Shown: in pieces, positions 51,139-60,052 of the stretch
Layout: each line of letters opens with the position of its first letter
Position numbering within the stretch: position 1 is the first letter of the stretch
NCBI GenBank assembly: GCA_963724765.1
Contig: CAVRVY010000002.1
Coordinates: 224,001 to 288,000, forward strand
From: an uncultured delta proteobacterium
Lineage (GTDB): Bacteria; Desulfobacterota; Binatia; Binatales; Binataceae
Direction of reading: 5' to 3'
Length of the DNA: 64,000 nt
The notes under the pieces: generated by a model
Databases searched by the model: none
Told to the model about the DNA's origin: nothing
Seen by the model: the letters and a program-made list of their open reading frames with translations, nothing else
Program-made: the position numbers and the translations under genes

Positions 51139-51837
51139 TCATCCCTCACTCCGCGTCAGCTCATCGCTCGGCGCTGGGGCCGCCTCGATCGCTTCGCCCG
51201 CAGGCGGCGCCATCTCCGCGCGCCCCGGCGCACCGGCGCCGGCCGCCAGGCGATGCGCCGCCGCGGACGCCTGATCGTTGCTCGCCATCGGCATCTCGAC
51301 GATTTCGAGCAGCGCGGCGCGGATCCGCTTCTCGGCCGTGGCCGACAGTCCCCCCTGCGCCCCGCGGCGCGCCGCCGCGACCACTTTGCGCTCGGCCGTC
51401 ATCACCCGCCGACCGATCCCGCTGCGCATTTCCTCGGCCGCCCGCCGCATATGCACCGCGGAGCGGCAGATCGAAGCGACGTTGCGCGCGAGCGCATTGA
51501 TGTCGATCTTTTTGGGATCGACCTCCTTGAGTTCGACCAGCACGCGGAAGAGATCGCCCTGCACCAGGCGCATCAGGCCCTCGTTGACCGTGTCGTCGGC
51601 GCCGCCCGAGGCGTCGACCACGGCGCGCGCCTGCTCGGTTGCGAGCTTGAGCGCGTTCAGCTTGCGCTCCAGCGCATTGCCGTAACGCTGGAGCGCCGAA
51701 TGCGTGATCTCGCATCCATGCTCGCCGAGCCATCGCGCCAGCCCGCGATAGTCAGAGAAGGAGCCCGCGACCAGACGGCGGTCAAACTCGGCCCGCAGCT
51801 CAGGCGCCAGGCTCTTGATCTTTCCATTGCGCGGCAT
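51139..51837 (-). CDS. Mu gp27/DUF3486 terminase small subunit-like
   Basis: MPR..KI..L..E.R..L....FSDY..L..WL...G.EITHSALQRYG; directly upstream of terminase. Confidence 0.88.
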   Translation of the reverse strand: MPRNGKIKSLAPELRAEFDRRLVAGSFSDYRGLARWLGEHGCEITHSALQRYGNALERKLNALKLATEQARAVVDASGGADDTVNEGLMRLVQGDLFRVLVELKEVDPKKIDINALARNVASICRSAVHMRRAAEEMRSGIGRRVMTAERKVVAAARRGAQGGLSATAEKRIRAALLEIVEMPMASNDQASAAAHRLAAGAGAPGRAEMAPPAGEAIEAAPAPSDELTRSEG

Positions 51838-51991
51838 GCTTTACCGATCCTCGCGGCGCCGCTCCGAGGTCGCGGCTGTTCGCATTGAGCAACGATGATT
51901 TCCGTGGCCTCGCATTCTCATTCCCGCGCATCGCGCTTTTTTCACCATCACTCGCACTGCCGCGTTTTTTCCTCTCCCGCTTTTTTTCAAT

Positions 51992-52023
51992 GCCCTCGCC
52001 CGCAAAACGATGCGGGCGAGGGC
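51992..52023. repeat. Hairpin repeat, related copy at 26724-26762
   Basis: 13-bp stem GCCCTCGCCCGCA/TGCGGGCGAGGGC; CGATGCGGGCGAGGGCTCAGAAA shared with the 26.7 kb copy. Confidence 0.7.
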
Positions 52024-52086
52024 TCAGAAAAGATGCCGCGAATTCCTCCCTTGGCCGTTCTCCTCAACCCGGCCCATCGCCCGTCC

Positions 52087-52407
52087 TCACCAATACTTGC
52101 GCGGGCGCGCGATCCCGGCGGGCGCCGGCGCGGTGTACTCGACCACGTCGACGCCGCTCGCGGTCATCCGCGCATACCAGGTCTCGTTGTCCTCGCCCTC
52201 GATTTCGAGCAGGCCGCGGTCGCGCAGGTAGGTCAGCTCGCGGCGCAGCGCATTGAGCGTGATCGCGAGCTTGATATCGGCCAGCACGCGCCACACGATA
52301 GTTTCCGAAACCGCGATCGGGCGGCCGGCGTCGAGCACGCGCAGGATCCGCCAACGGGCCTCCTCGCGTTGCTTCTGCTCCAGGTTCATCACATCCATCT
52401 GCTTCAC
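52087..52407 (-). CDS. Mu gp26-like winged-helix protein
   Basis: REEARWRILRVL..LRRELTYL.DRGL..T..G.DVVEY....PAGIARP.KYW. Confidence 0.82.
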   Translation of the reverse strand: MKQMDVMNLEQKQREEARWRILRVLDAGRPIAVSETIVWRVLADIKLAITLNALRRELTYLRDRGLLEIEGEDNETWYARMTASGVDVVEYTAPAPAGIARPRKYW

Positions 52408-52475
52408 TCTTTCACCGTTTCGCTTTGACGCGAGCTGCGCTCGCTGCCGTCCGCCGCGCGGCGGCCTGCGCGCCG

Positions 52476-52811
52476 CTAGAGCGCGTCGATACGTTCGCCG
52501 ATACGCTCTTTGAGTTCGGTGATTTCGGCCCGCAACTCGGCCCGCATCGCGTCCAGCTTGGCGTCCAGCGTGCTCGAGAAACGAATCCAGTCCTCGCGCC
52601 GCACGTACTCCAGCGGCAATTGCGCCTTGAGCTTCATCACCTGGCGCTCGACCTCGTGCGAGAAGTCGCTGCCCTCGCGCTTGAGCGAGGCCATCTGTTC
52701 CGCGGTCGCGCCTTCATGCCGCTCGAACAGCCATCGCAGCGTCCCCGCGTTGAGCGCGATGAAAGCCATCAGCGCCGCCGCCATCGTCCCCAGCGCGTTC
52801 CAGCCCATCAT
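52476..52811 (-). CDS. Mu-like TM/coiled-coil protein (gp25 position)
   Basis: N-terminal TM; LPLEYVRREDWIR..LDAKLD. Confidence 0.75.
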   Translation of the reverse strand: MMGWNALGTMAAALMAFIALNAGTLRWLFERHEGATAEQMASLKREGSDFSHEVERQVMKLKAQLPLEYVRREDWIRFSSTLDAKLDAMRAELRAEITELKERIGERIDAL

Positions 52812-53044
52812 TTGCGTTCGGGCTCCGTACGCGACTTGATTGCCAGCGCCCCCGCCATCGCCAGCAGCACCATTCCGAGCCCACGCCCGTACGCGTCCGC
52901 GTCGCCCGGCGTGAAGCGCCAGGTCGCCAGCACCTGCACCACCCAGAACACCACGTACATCAATGCGCCCAGCACACCGATCACCCGGCCGGCGTCGTAG
53001 GTCAGGTTGTCCTTGCCGGTCAGGCAGTCACTCACGAACTTCAT
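52808..53044 (-). CDS. Small 2-TM holin-like protein
   Basis: LTGKDNLTYD.GR plus two TMs and KSRTEP end; within the lysis cassette. Confidence 0.55.
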   Translation of the reverse strand: MKFVSDCLTGKDNLTYDAGRVIGVLGALMYVVFWVVQVLATWRFTPGDADAYGRGLGMVLLAMAGALAIKSRTEPERK

Positions 53045-53418
53045 TGCGTATTCTCCGCCTGCGGCTGTGCCGCCGGATGGCCGGCGTGCGTGCATCCCGC
53101 AAGCACCGCATCGCGCTCGCGTACCGCACCCTTCAAAATCGCCACCGCGGCCGCGTACGCGCGCATCGTGTCGGCGGGCGGTGAGTCGGGCTTGAGCGAG
53201 GCCAGCGGCAGCGCCGGATCAGTGAGCGTTGGCGCCGGACAGGCGGTCTCGTGCAGCACCGGCACCTGCACCATCAGCGGACGTACCGCGGGCGCGGAGC
53301 CCGCGCCGGCGGCGCATCCGGCGATCGTTACGGCGGCGCTCGCAGCGATCGCAGCGAGCATCGCAAGCGCGCCGAAAGATCCCGCGCGGCGCGAGGTCTC
53401 GCTGGCAACGGCCAGCAC
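53041..53418 (-). CDS. o-spanin (Rz1)-like lipoprotein; start uncertain
   Basis: Lipobox IAGC, Pro-rich VPV..CP.P..P.LP and late Cys. Confidence 0.7.
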   Translation of the reverse strand: MLAVASETSRRAGSFGALAMLAAIAASAAVTIAGCAAGAGSAPAVRPLMVQVPVLHETACPAPTLTDPALPLASLKPDSPPADTMRAYAAAVAILKGAVRERDAVLAGCTHAGHPAAQPQAENTQ

Positions 53419-53708
53419 ATTCGCGCCCTGTTCTTTTTCCTGCTCTCGCCCGCGCGACTTCTTATGTCTGTGCGCGGGAGCGGGCAGGGTGAGGTCCCCC
53501 CCTTCGTGGCGCAATCGCACGCTCCAAAGTCGAGCGCGTTGAAACGATGGACTCTCACCCGCACCCGCTCCCGCAAATAAGGCGGGCGAGCGCTCAGACC
53601 GCAACGCCGCGTGCGAGAGATCGCGCGCGCCTGGAGTGTCGAGGGCGCTCTCCGGCTCCCACTCCTTGTCCAAGGAGAGGATTGGAGAGAGGTTCATTGC
53701 CTCGCGTA

Positions 53709-54110
53709 TCACCATCGGCCGAGCTCCGCCGCTTGCGCGTTGCCCCAGCGGACCGCCGCCGCGCAGCCGGCGTCGATCCGCGCGCCCTCCAGCGTTTGCG
53801 CGCCGCTCGTCGCCGTGCGCATCGCCGCCGTTGCTTTCTCCGTCGCCGCGCGCTCGCGCGCCGCCGCCTCTTGCACGCCTTGCTCGAGCTGCGCGCGCAG
53901 TTGCGTCACCGCCGAGTTCTGGGTCGCGATCGCGCCCTGCAGTGCCGTGTTGCTCGCCTCGGCGTCGGCCAGCGAGGCGCTCAGATGCGTGGCTTCGGCG
54001 CGCGCGGCGTCGCGCTGATGAAGCAGCAGCGCGCGGTAACCCAGCGCCGCCGCGATCACCAGCGCGATCGCCGCCGGCCGCCAGAGCTTCGCCGCCAATA
54101 GAGGAAACAT
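53709..54110 (-). CDS. i-spanin (Rz)-like protein
   Basis: N-terminal TM, Ala-rich coiled coil (I..QN.AV) and C-terminal Cys. Confidence 0.72.
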   Translation of the reverse strand: MFPLLAAKLWRPAAIALVIAAALGYRALLLHQRDAARAEATHLSASLADAEASNTALQGAIATQNSAVTQLRAQLEQGVQEAAARERAATEKATAAMRTATSGAQTLEGARIDAGCAAAVRWGNAQAAELGRW

Positions 54111-54133
54111 CGCCTTGCCGTGCGCCTGCCGGC

Positions 54134-54721
54134 TCAGCTCTGCGGCGCGGCCGCGACCGCTGCGGCCGCCACCGGCGTCACGCTCGCGCCCATCGCCGCA
54201 CCAGCCGCGTGCAGCGGCGTGGCAAACGTCGCCGCGGACATCGTGGCAGGCGCCGGATGCGATCCCATCTCGACCGCCGCGGCCACTGTCGCCGCGCCGT
54301 GATCGTCGACCGCCTGCGCATGCTTATCGACCGCCGCCGCCAGCTTCTCGACCGCGCTGGCATGATGCTCGAGCGCGACGGCCTGCGCCGCCGCTGCGCT
54401 TGCGGCCGTGGGTGCGGTTGATGCCGCCGGCGCGGGCTGAAGTGCGGCAGCCGGTTGCATCGCCGCCGCCGTCGACACCGCCGACACCGTCGACACCGTC
54501 GATCGGACCGGTGCGGCCGAGTTGCCGTTGGCCGCGGTCGTCGAGCCAGCCGTGGTGCTGTGGCCGAGTACCAGTTGTTCGAGCGAAGACAGACGCGTCT
54601 GCACGGTGCTCAGCGCGGTGCCCACCTCCGTCATCATCCAGCGCCCGACAAGCGCGCCGATCGCAAAGCCGCCCACCGCGACCATCATGTAGCCTGCTGC
54701 CATTCCTGGATCGATATTCAT
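54134..54721 (-). CDS. TM-anchored Ala-rich protein with His-heptad segment
   Basis: Start MNIDPG; TM; low-complexity linker; ALEHHASAVEKLAAAVDKHAQAVDDHGAA. Confidence 0.55.
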   Translation of the reverse strand: MNIDPGMAAGYMMVAVGGFAIGALVGRWMMTEVGTALSTVQTRLSSLEQLVLGHSTTAGSTTAANGNSAAPVRSTVSTVSAVSTAAAMQPAAALQPAPAASTAPTAASAAAAQAVALEHHASAVEKLAAAVDKHAQAVDDHGAATVAAAVEMGSHPAPATMSAATFATPLHAAGAAMGASVTPVAAAAVAAAPQS

Positions 54722-54872
54722 CTTTTCACCTTTTTTTTCACCGAGACTCGCGACGCCCCTCCAATGTCGGCGCTTGTTCCGCCGCCGGACGTTCCGTTTG
54801 CTGACTCGCGCAACTTTTTTCACCAACGAAAAGCCGCCGCCGCTGCCGCTGCTTCTGTGATGCGGCCGCGCA

Positions 54873-55406
54873 CTACTCATACGCTCGATTCAACCATCCA
54901 CTGAGGAAGTCTCGATCGCCGTCGACGCGCCGCCCGCGCTCGAGCGCCGCCAGCGCGCGGTAGTATCCGGCTGCCTCGGAGCGCAACGCCGCGAGCAGCG
55001 CGAGTTGGTTGGCAGCGGCCGCCGCCGTAATCGTCGCGCGGCCCAACGCTCCGTCCTCCGTGACCCGGCGACCGCACGCGCGCAGCGCGCGCTGGACGCA
55101 TCGGACCGCATGATCGGGACCGATATTCACCGCCAGGTCGAAAACCTTCGCCGCGATCGGCCCCGGCAATTCGCTGTAGCGGTAGCGCTGCCACCAGTCG
55201 CGGAAGTAAATCGCGATTGCTGCGGTCCGCGTCAGCGCCGCGATATCGAGGTTGGGATACTCGCGCTTGGTGATGCCGAACTTGGTTTCGCCGCCGGGGT
55301 CGGCCGGATTATCGACGTAGCCGCCCTCGTCGCCGAGCAGCCGGGCGATCGCGCGCTCGAAGGCCGGCGGATAGTTTTGTGTTTGCGTGCTGTCTTGCGG
55401 GTCCAT
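54873..55406 (-). CDS. GH108-family endolysin
   Basis: EGGYVDNPADPGGETKFGIT, FDLAVN.G, DG.LG..T and FLSGWLNR. Confidence 0.93.
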   Translation of the reverse strand: MDPQDSTQTQNYPPAFERAIARLLGDEGGYVDNPADPGGETKFGITKREYPNLDIAALTRTAAIAIYFRDWWQRYRYSELPGPIAAKVFDLAVNIGPDHAVRCVQRALRACGRRVTEDGALGRATITAAAAANQLALLAALRSEAAGYYRALAALERGRRVDGDRDFLSGWLNRAYE

Positions 55407-55412
55407 CGCAGG

Positions 55413-55458
55413 TGGGATTCTCGCAGCCCCGCCGGCTTCGCATAAGGGTGAAATATTT
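55413..55458 (-). promoter_or_regulatory. Putative late promoter (Plys-like) with its dyad interrupted by IS element 3
   Basis: Minus: AAATATTTCACCC-TTATGC-N17-GAGAAT-N10-ATG; the other half of the dyad is at 58533-58545. Confidence 0.65.
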
Positions 55459-55510
55459 GGCGAGTATGCTGGACTTGACTCCAACCCCGCCGTGCGCTAA
55501 GTTAATTTTC

Positions 55511-56416
55511 ATGAGCAACACCCCCGAACCGAAAATCACGCGTCAGATGACGCTTGCGGAGTTTGACCGGCTGTTCCCGAACGAGGACGCCTGCAAGACC
55601 TACCTGGTCGCCAGCAGGTGGCCGAAGGCTGTCAGTTGCCCGCGCTGCGGCAACGAAAAGGTCTGGGCGCTCAAAACCCGCCCGTTCAATTGGGTCTGCA
55701 AGAAATGCGGCGATACGCCCTATCGGTTCTCCGTGCTGGTCGGAACCATCTTTGAAAACACGAATTACAAACTGCTCGTGTGGTTCAAGGTTCTGTACCT
55801 GATGCTCACCAGCAAGAAGGGCATCAGCGCGCTTCAGATTCACCGCATGATCGGATCTGGCTCGTACCGCACGGCATGGTTTATGTGCCATCGGTTGCGC
55901 GCCGGTCTGGCCGATCCTGATTTCCGCAAGCTGATGGGAATCGTCGAAGTAGACGAAACCTACATCGGTGGTTTGAACCGCAATCGCCACTGGAATAAGA
56001 AACAGCCGGGGCGCGGCCCGTCCGGTAAGACTACAGTCATCGGCGCGATCTCCCGCAAAGGCAATGTGGTTTGCAAAATCATCGAAGATACTTCGATGGA
56101 GACTATGAGCCGCTTTGTCCGCAGCGCCGTGTCCGACAAGGTTAGCTTGGTCGCAACCGATGAAGGCGCGGGATACCAAAAGCTTCATCAGGCATTCAAG
56201 CACGACACCGTGGATCACAAAGCACACGAATATGTGCGCGGCGAAGTGCATACCAACAATATCGAATCGTTCTGGTCGCTGCTCAAGCGTGGCGTAATCG
56301 GCACCTACCACAACGTCAGTAAGAAGTATCTGCCGCTGTACTTGAATGAGTTTCAGTTCCGCCACAACAATCGCAAGAATCCCGATATCTTCGGGGCGGC
56401 GGTAAGAGGATGCTGA
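55511..56416 (+). CDS. IS1595-family DDE transposase
   Basis: CPRC/CKKC, VEVDETYIGG, ATDE and HTNNIESFWS; TTGACT-N17-TAAGTT-N7-ATG. Confidence 0.95.
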   Translation: MSNTPEPKITRQMTLAEFDRLFPNEDACKTYLVASRWPKAVSCPRCGNEKVWALKTRPFNWVCKKCGDTPYRFSVLVGTIFENTNYKLLVWFKVLYLMLTSKKGISALQIHRMIGSGSYRTAWFMCHRLRAGLADPDFRKLMGIVEVDETYIGGLNRNRHWNKKQPGRGPSGKTTVIGAISRKGNVVCKIIEDTSMETMSRFVRSAVSDKVSLVATDEGAGYQKLHQAFKHDTVDHKAHEYVRGEVHTNNIESFWSLLKRGVIGTYHNVSKKYLPLYLNEFQFRHNNRKNPDIFGAAVRGC

Positions 56417-56622
56417 AGCGTCCGAACTGGCGGATGCTTCTGCATCACGCGTCCAGTAGGCCGGTTCAATTGAAGTTGAAATTCTAAGAGGCTGCATGAG
56501 ACGATCTAATGCCCAAACAAATCAAACAGACCCCGCCACAACCCGTCCCTGTCAAATCACCACCGCCGCTGACAATTCCGCCGAACAAGACTTCGATACA
56601 CACTCAAGAAAGTCCGCCGCCA

Positions 56623-57246
56623 CTAAGACATCCACCCCACAAAGAAGTGAAGAAAGGCGGTTAGCTGCGGGCCAGCACCCAAACTCCAAATCTCAACTAA
56701 AGGCGGGATGAGCACGACGACCAACCCCGCCAGCAGAAGATAATGGCTCCAACGAACATACAACGCTTTTCCAAGATTGATCTGGTCTGCCGACTTGACC
56801 GCGCGGTACATGGCAATGAGATAAAATCGCCTCAATTGATCGGGGAAATCCAAGAAATCCTCAGCAAACCAAGTGTCCTTTTCTTGGATGCCCTCAAAGA
56901 TTCGAACGCGGAAGGCGAGAACCGCAAGCCCTGCGGCAACCATCAGCATGATAAGTCCAAGGAATATAAATATTCCGCCTCCAGTAACCTCGGTTATCAA
57001 TCCTTTCCAGTACGAAAAGGTCGAAATTAGAAGAGCGACAATGCCACCCACGAAACTGGCGGACAGTTGGGCTTTCGAATCAAGCACATCCGTTATCTTG
57101 TTTGTCTGTTCGAGCAGCAAAGAACCGAAATCGTACAGGACTGGTGTGCTTTCTTTGTTCGAGTGGCGGGTAAGTCTACAGAGCACCTCTCTCTCTCCTG
57201 GCACCGGCGTTCCGTTTGAATGTTGTTCCGTCAAAAGGCTTTCCAT
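56623..57246 (-). CDS. 3-TM protein resembling the Pycsar effector (PycTM) fold
   Basis: LDSKA+TM+TM...N.GKA..V..S+TM; homolog at 60053-60667. Confidence 0.6.
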   Translation of the reverse strand: MESLLTEQHSNGTPVPGEREVLCRLTRHSNKESTPVLYDFGSLLLEQTNKITDVLDSKAQLSASFVGGIVALLISTFSYWKGLITEVTGGGIFIFLGLIMLMVAAGLAVLAFRVRIFEGIQEKDTWFAEDFLDFPDQLRRFYLIAMYRAVKSADQINLGKALYVRWSHYLLLAGLVVVLIPPLVEIWSLGAGPQLTAFLHFFVGWMS

Positions 57247-57362
57247 CGGTTTTATGACCTCACTTCAATCACGACCCGATCTTAATCGACATGCAATATA
57301 AGTTTATCAAACAGGGTAGGCGTGCCTGAAGATGCTTCCTGTCTGCTCTTGTGGAGGCCGTT

Positions 57363-57521
57363 ATGTCTAAGGAAGGCGAGGCCAAAAAGAAGATCATTCA
57401 CTTCTACTGCCACACCTGTAAGGCATACGAACTGAAAACCAGTCCGCACTATCGCGCTCAGAAGGTGCGCTTCGCAAAGCGGCGCAAGGCGGAAAAGGCG
57501 CAAGCAGAAATGCCGAAATGA
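57363..57521 (+). CDS. Small basic CxxC protein, 52 aa (IS cargo; not in the ORF track)
   Basis: GGAGG RBS; MSKEGEAKKKIIHFYCHTCKAYELKTSPHYRAQKVRFAKRRKAEKAQAEMPK; ATGA overlap with the next gene. Confidence 0.72.
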   Translation: MSKEGEAKKKIIHFYCHTCKAYELKTSPHYRAQKVRFAKRRKAEKAQAEMPK

Positions 57522-58369
57522 AGCATTCATCGATTCTGATTGCAGCAACAGTTCTGCTCCTAGCCGCCGCAAACAGTAGAGTGCCAAGCGGTCCACAACA
57601 AACACCCCAAAGCGAAGCAACAACCAAAGATAGCAACGGCAGCAGCCGTCCAAGGCGAGTTGCCGCTCAGAATGAGCCAACAATAAACAGCGCCGCTCCC
57701 CATAGCGACCACGACACCTATAACTATTACGGCGACCTCAAGTATGTTTCCTATAATTCCGCACTCAAGGGCTTCTGGGCTAAAATTGGGCAAATAGCAG
57801 ACGCAATTTCGGCGGTATTGATAGCCTTTTTTACGGGGGCTCTGCTGTGGCTCACCAGAATGCAGTTTGTTGCCGAACACCGGCCAAGGATGCGGCTCCG
57901 TAGAGTGAAATTGTTGACCGATATCTCTAATCCCGACGATTGGATCGACACGACCCTTGAATTTGAGTTGCTGATTACAAATCAAGGCGGGACTAAGGCA
58001 ATGTTCACTAGCAGCAATATAGCCATCGGCATAGGTCGGAGGACTGAACCAGACCCGACGACATTGTTTACCATTGAGCCCGCAAATATCCTCAAAGGAT
58101 ATAAATTGAATCCAGGGGTCGAGTACACCCACAAATTCACTGCCAATAAATGTCAGTCTTTGTTGGATATCTTGGTCAGAATGAGAGTTCGGAATGATAT
58201 GTTCCTTTATGTTGTAGGAGACTTCTGGTATCGAGATCGCCTGAGACAACGGTATTACAAGACGGCTTTTTGTAGACGCCTGACCGAAGGTGAGAAAGTT
58301 TTGAACATACAAAAGACGCTCCCGCGATTTATTGTCGTGAACAACCCCGAATATGAGTACGCCGACTAA
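57518..58369 (+). CDS. Exported/TM protein with beta-rich domain (IS cargo)
   Basis: Signal-like N-terminus, TM AISAVLIAFFTGALLW, EHRPRM, ITNQGGTKA and YVVGDFWYRD. Confidence 0.72.
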   Translation: MKHSSILIAATVLLLAAANSRVPSGPQQTPQSEATTKDSNGSSRPRRVAAQNEPTINSAAPHSDHDTYNYYGDLKYVSYNSALKGFWAKIGQIADAISAVLIAFFTGALLWLTRMQFVAEHRPRMRLRRVKLLTDISNPDDWIDTTLEFELLITNQGGTKAMFTSSNIAIGIGRRTEPDPTTLFTIEPANILKGYKLNPGVEYTHKFTANKCQSLLDILVRMRVRNDMFLYVVGDFWYRDRLRQRYYKTAFCRRLTEGEKVLNIQKTLPRFIVVNNPEYEYAD

Positions 58370-58623
58370 AATCAGGGCCAGCGCCAGCGGCCACGCTACG
58401 TAGCCCGCTTGATGCGGGCATCTTAACGGCGGATCGTCGCCCCCGTCCGACGAACCCCCTGAGTCAGAATCCGGCCTGTCCCTGCCTACGGTAGGCGAAC
58501 CGGACATTGGAGTCAAGTTCAGCATACTCGCCAAATATTTCACCCATAGCCTTGCGCAAGGCGGCGCTTCGCACGCTCTGCATCGTGGCAGCCAAAGCGA
58601 AACAGCTACCCCCGCAAATCCGA

Positions 58624-58791
58624 CCGCCGGGGTCGGCCGGATTATAGACGTAGCCGCCCTCGTCGCTGAGCAGCCGGGCGATCGCGCGCTCGAAGGCCGA
58701 CGGATAGTTTTGTGTTTGCGTGCTGTCTTGCGGGTCCATCGCAGGCGGGATTCTCGCAGTCCCGCCGGCTACGCATAAGGGTAAAATATTT
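58624..58791 (-). repeat. Diverged duplicate of endolysin 5' end plus promoter (copy of 55291-55458)
   Basis: Encodes MDPQDSTQTQNYPSAFERAIARLLSDEGGYVYNPADPGG and then breaks; 58533-58626 likewise duplicates 61646-61739. Confidence 0.93.
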
Positions 58792-59031
58792 AGGGATGAT
58801 TCACTTGACGAAGGGATATGGGTTTGCTAGTATCCCCTAAATGCAGCGGTTCACTTCTTCTTTTTGGCCTCGTCTTCAAGCTCTCTGCGGCGCTTGTCCG
58901 CTTGCTCGGCTAGGGTCTTTCGTATCGAGCGCACAAGGTCTTGCGTTGGCACTTTCTCGATATTGGGCGTGCGCGGTTCGTCTGTCTGTTTACGGCTCGG
59001 CTTTGACATATCCCCGCTCCGGAGAATCGTT

Positions 59032-59916
59032 ATGAATCTGTCCGCCATCAACCATCTGTTTTCGACTAAAGAACAGTGTCGCGAACTGCTCAAGCGGCTG
59101 CGTTGGCCCAAAGACGTTAGCTGCCCGCGTTGTAATCACGACGCCGTTTGTTGGCTCAACACTCAGGAAAAATTTGAATGCTCTAAGTGTTCCTATCAGT
59201 TCAGCGTCACTGCTGGGACCATTTTTCACGATTCCCATTTGCCGCTCGAAAAATGGTTCTTCGCTACCTTCCTCATGTGCGAGGCCAAGAAGGGCATCTC
59301 GGCTCGCCAGATGCATCGGATGCTTGGCGTCGGTTCTTACAAAACCGCCTGGTATCTCTGCCATCGCATACGCGCCGCGATGAAAGAGGAATTGCCCGCG
59401 CGGCTCAAGGGCGTTATCGAGGCTGACGAAACCTATGTCGGCGGACGCGCGCGCGGCGCTGGCAAAGGCCACTATCACGATACCAAGGCAATCATTCTTG
59501 GGGCAGTCCAGCGCGGCGGCCCGATCCGTCTCAAGGTCGCGAACGACAATCGCAAAGCAACCTTGCACGAATTCATCCGGAGTAACGTTGATCCAGAAAG
59601 TAAGCTCTACACTGACGAATGGCCCGGCTATAACGATCTTCCTAATCGCGAGACCGTCAATCACCGCGCGAAGGAATACGTGCGCGCCGATGTCCATACC
59701 AACTCGGTTGAGTCTGTATGGAGCTTGTTCAAACGCTCGATTGTCGGTCCGTATCATCATCTGAGCGAGAAACATATGCAGTCGTACTTGGATGAAATCA
59801 GCTTCCGGTTTAACCGTCGCAAGAGCGATGAATTGTTCATCGAGACTTTGCGCGCATTGGTACAAACGCCAGCATTAACGTTTAGCCGTCTGACGCGCGA
59901 GCAGGTGGCTGTTTAA
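59032..59916 (+). CDS. IS1595-family DDE transposase (divergent from elements 1-3)
   Basis: CPRC/CSKC, IEADETYVGG, YTDE, HTNSVESVWS and YLDE..FRFNRR. Confidence 0.95.
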   Translation: MNLSAINHLFSTKEQCRELLKRLRWPKDVSCPRCNHDAVCWLNTQEKFECSKCSYQFSVTAGTIFHDSHLPLEKWFFATFLMCEAKKGISARQMHRMLGVGSYKTAWYLCHRIRAAMKEELPARLKGVIEADETYVGGRARGAGKGHYHDTKAIILGAVQRGGPIRLKVANDNRKATLHEFIRSNVDPESKLYTDEWPGYNDLPNRETVNHRAKEYVRADVHTNSVESVWSLFKRSIVGPYHHLSEKHMQSYLDEISFRFNRRKSDELFIETLRALVQTPALTFSRLTREQVAV

Positions 59917-60052
59917 GTTATCTGGTGCTGATTTTTCCTTCATAGGGGGATTCTTGATGGCTAATGACGATCAATCAAAATCTACCGGTACCGGTAGCAC
60001 TGGCTCTTCTGGCTCCAACCAAAGTGGTGGTGGCGAATCATCACAAAAACCA

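Larger units (their letters stand above)
55459..58532 (+). mobile_element. IS1595-family element 3 with cargo
   Basis: 26-bp TIRs GGCGAGTATGCTG(G/A)ACTTGACTCCAA (25/26 identical); perfect 8-bp TSD AAATATTT. Confidence 0.95.

Noticed and set aside
26862-59865. Long antisense ORFs over the IS1595 transposases (26862-27839, 38767-39315, 55502-56497, 58990-59865)
   Set aside because: They are shadow frames of conserved sense genes with no recognisable motifs.
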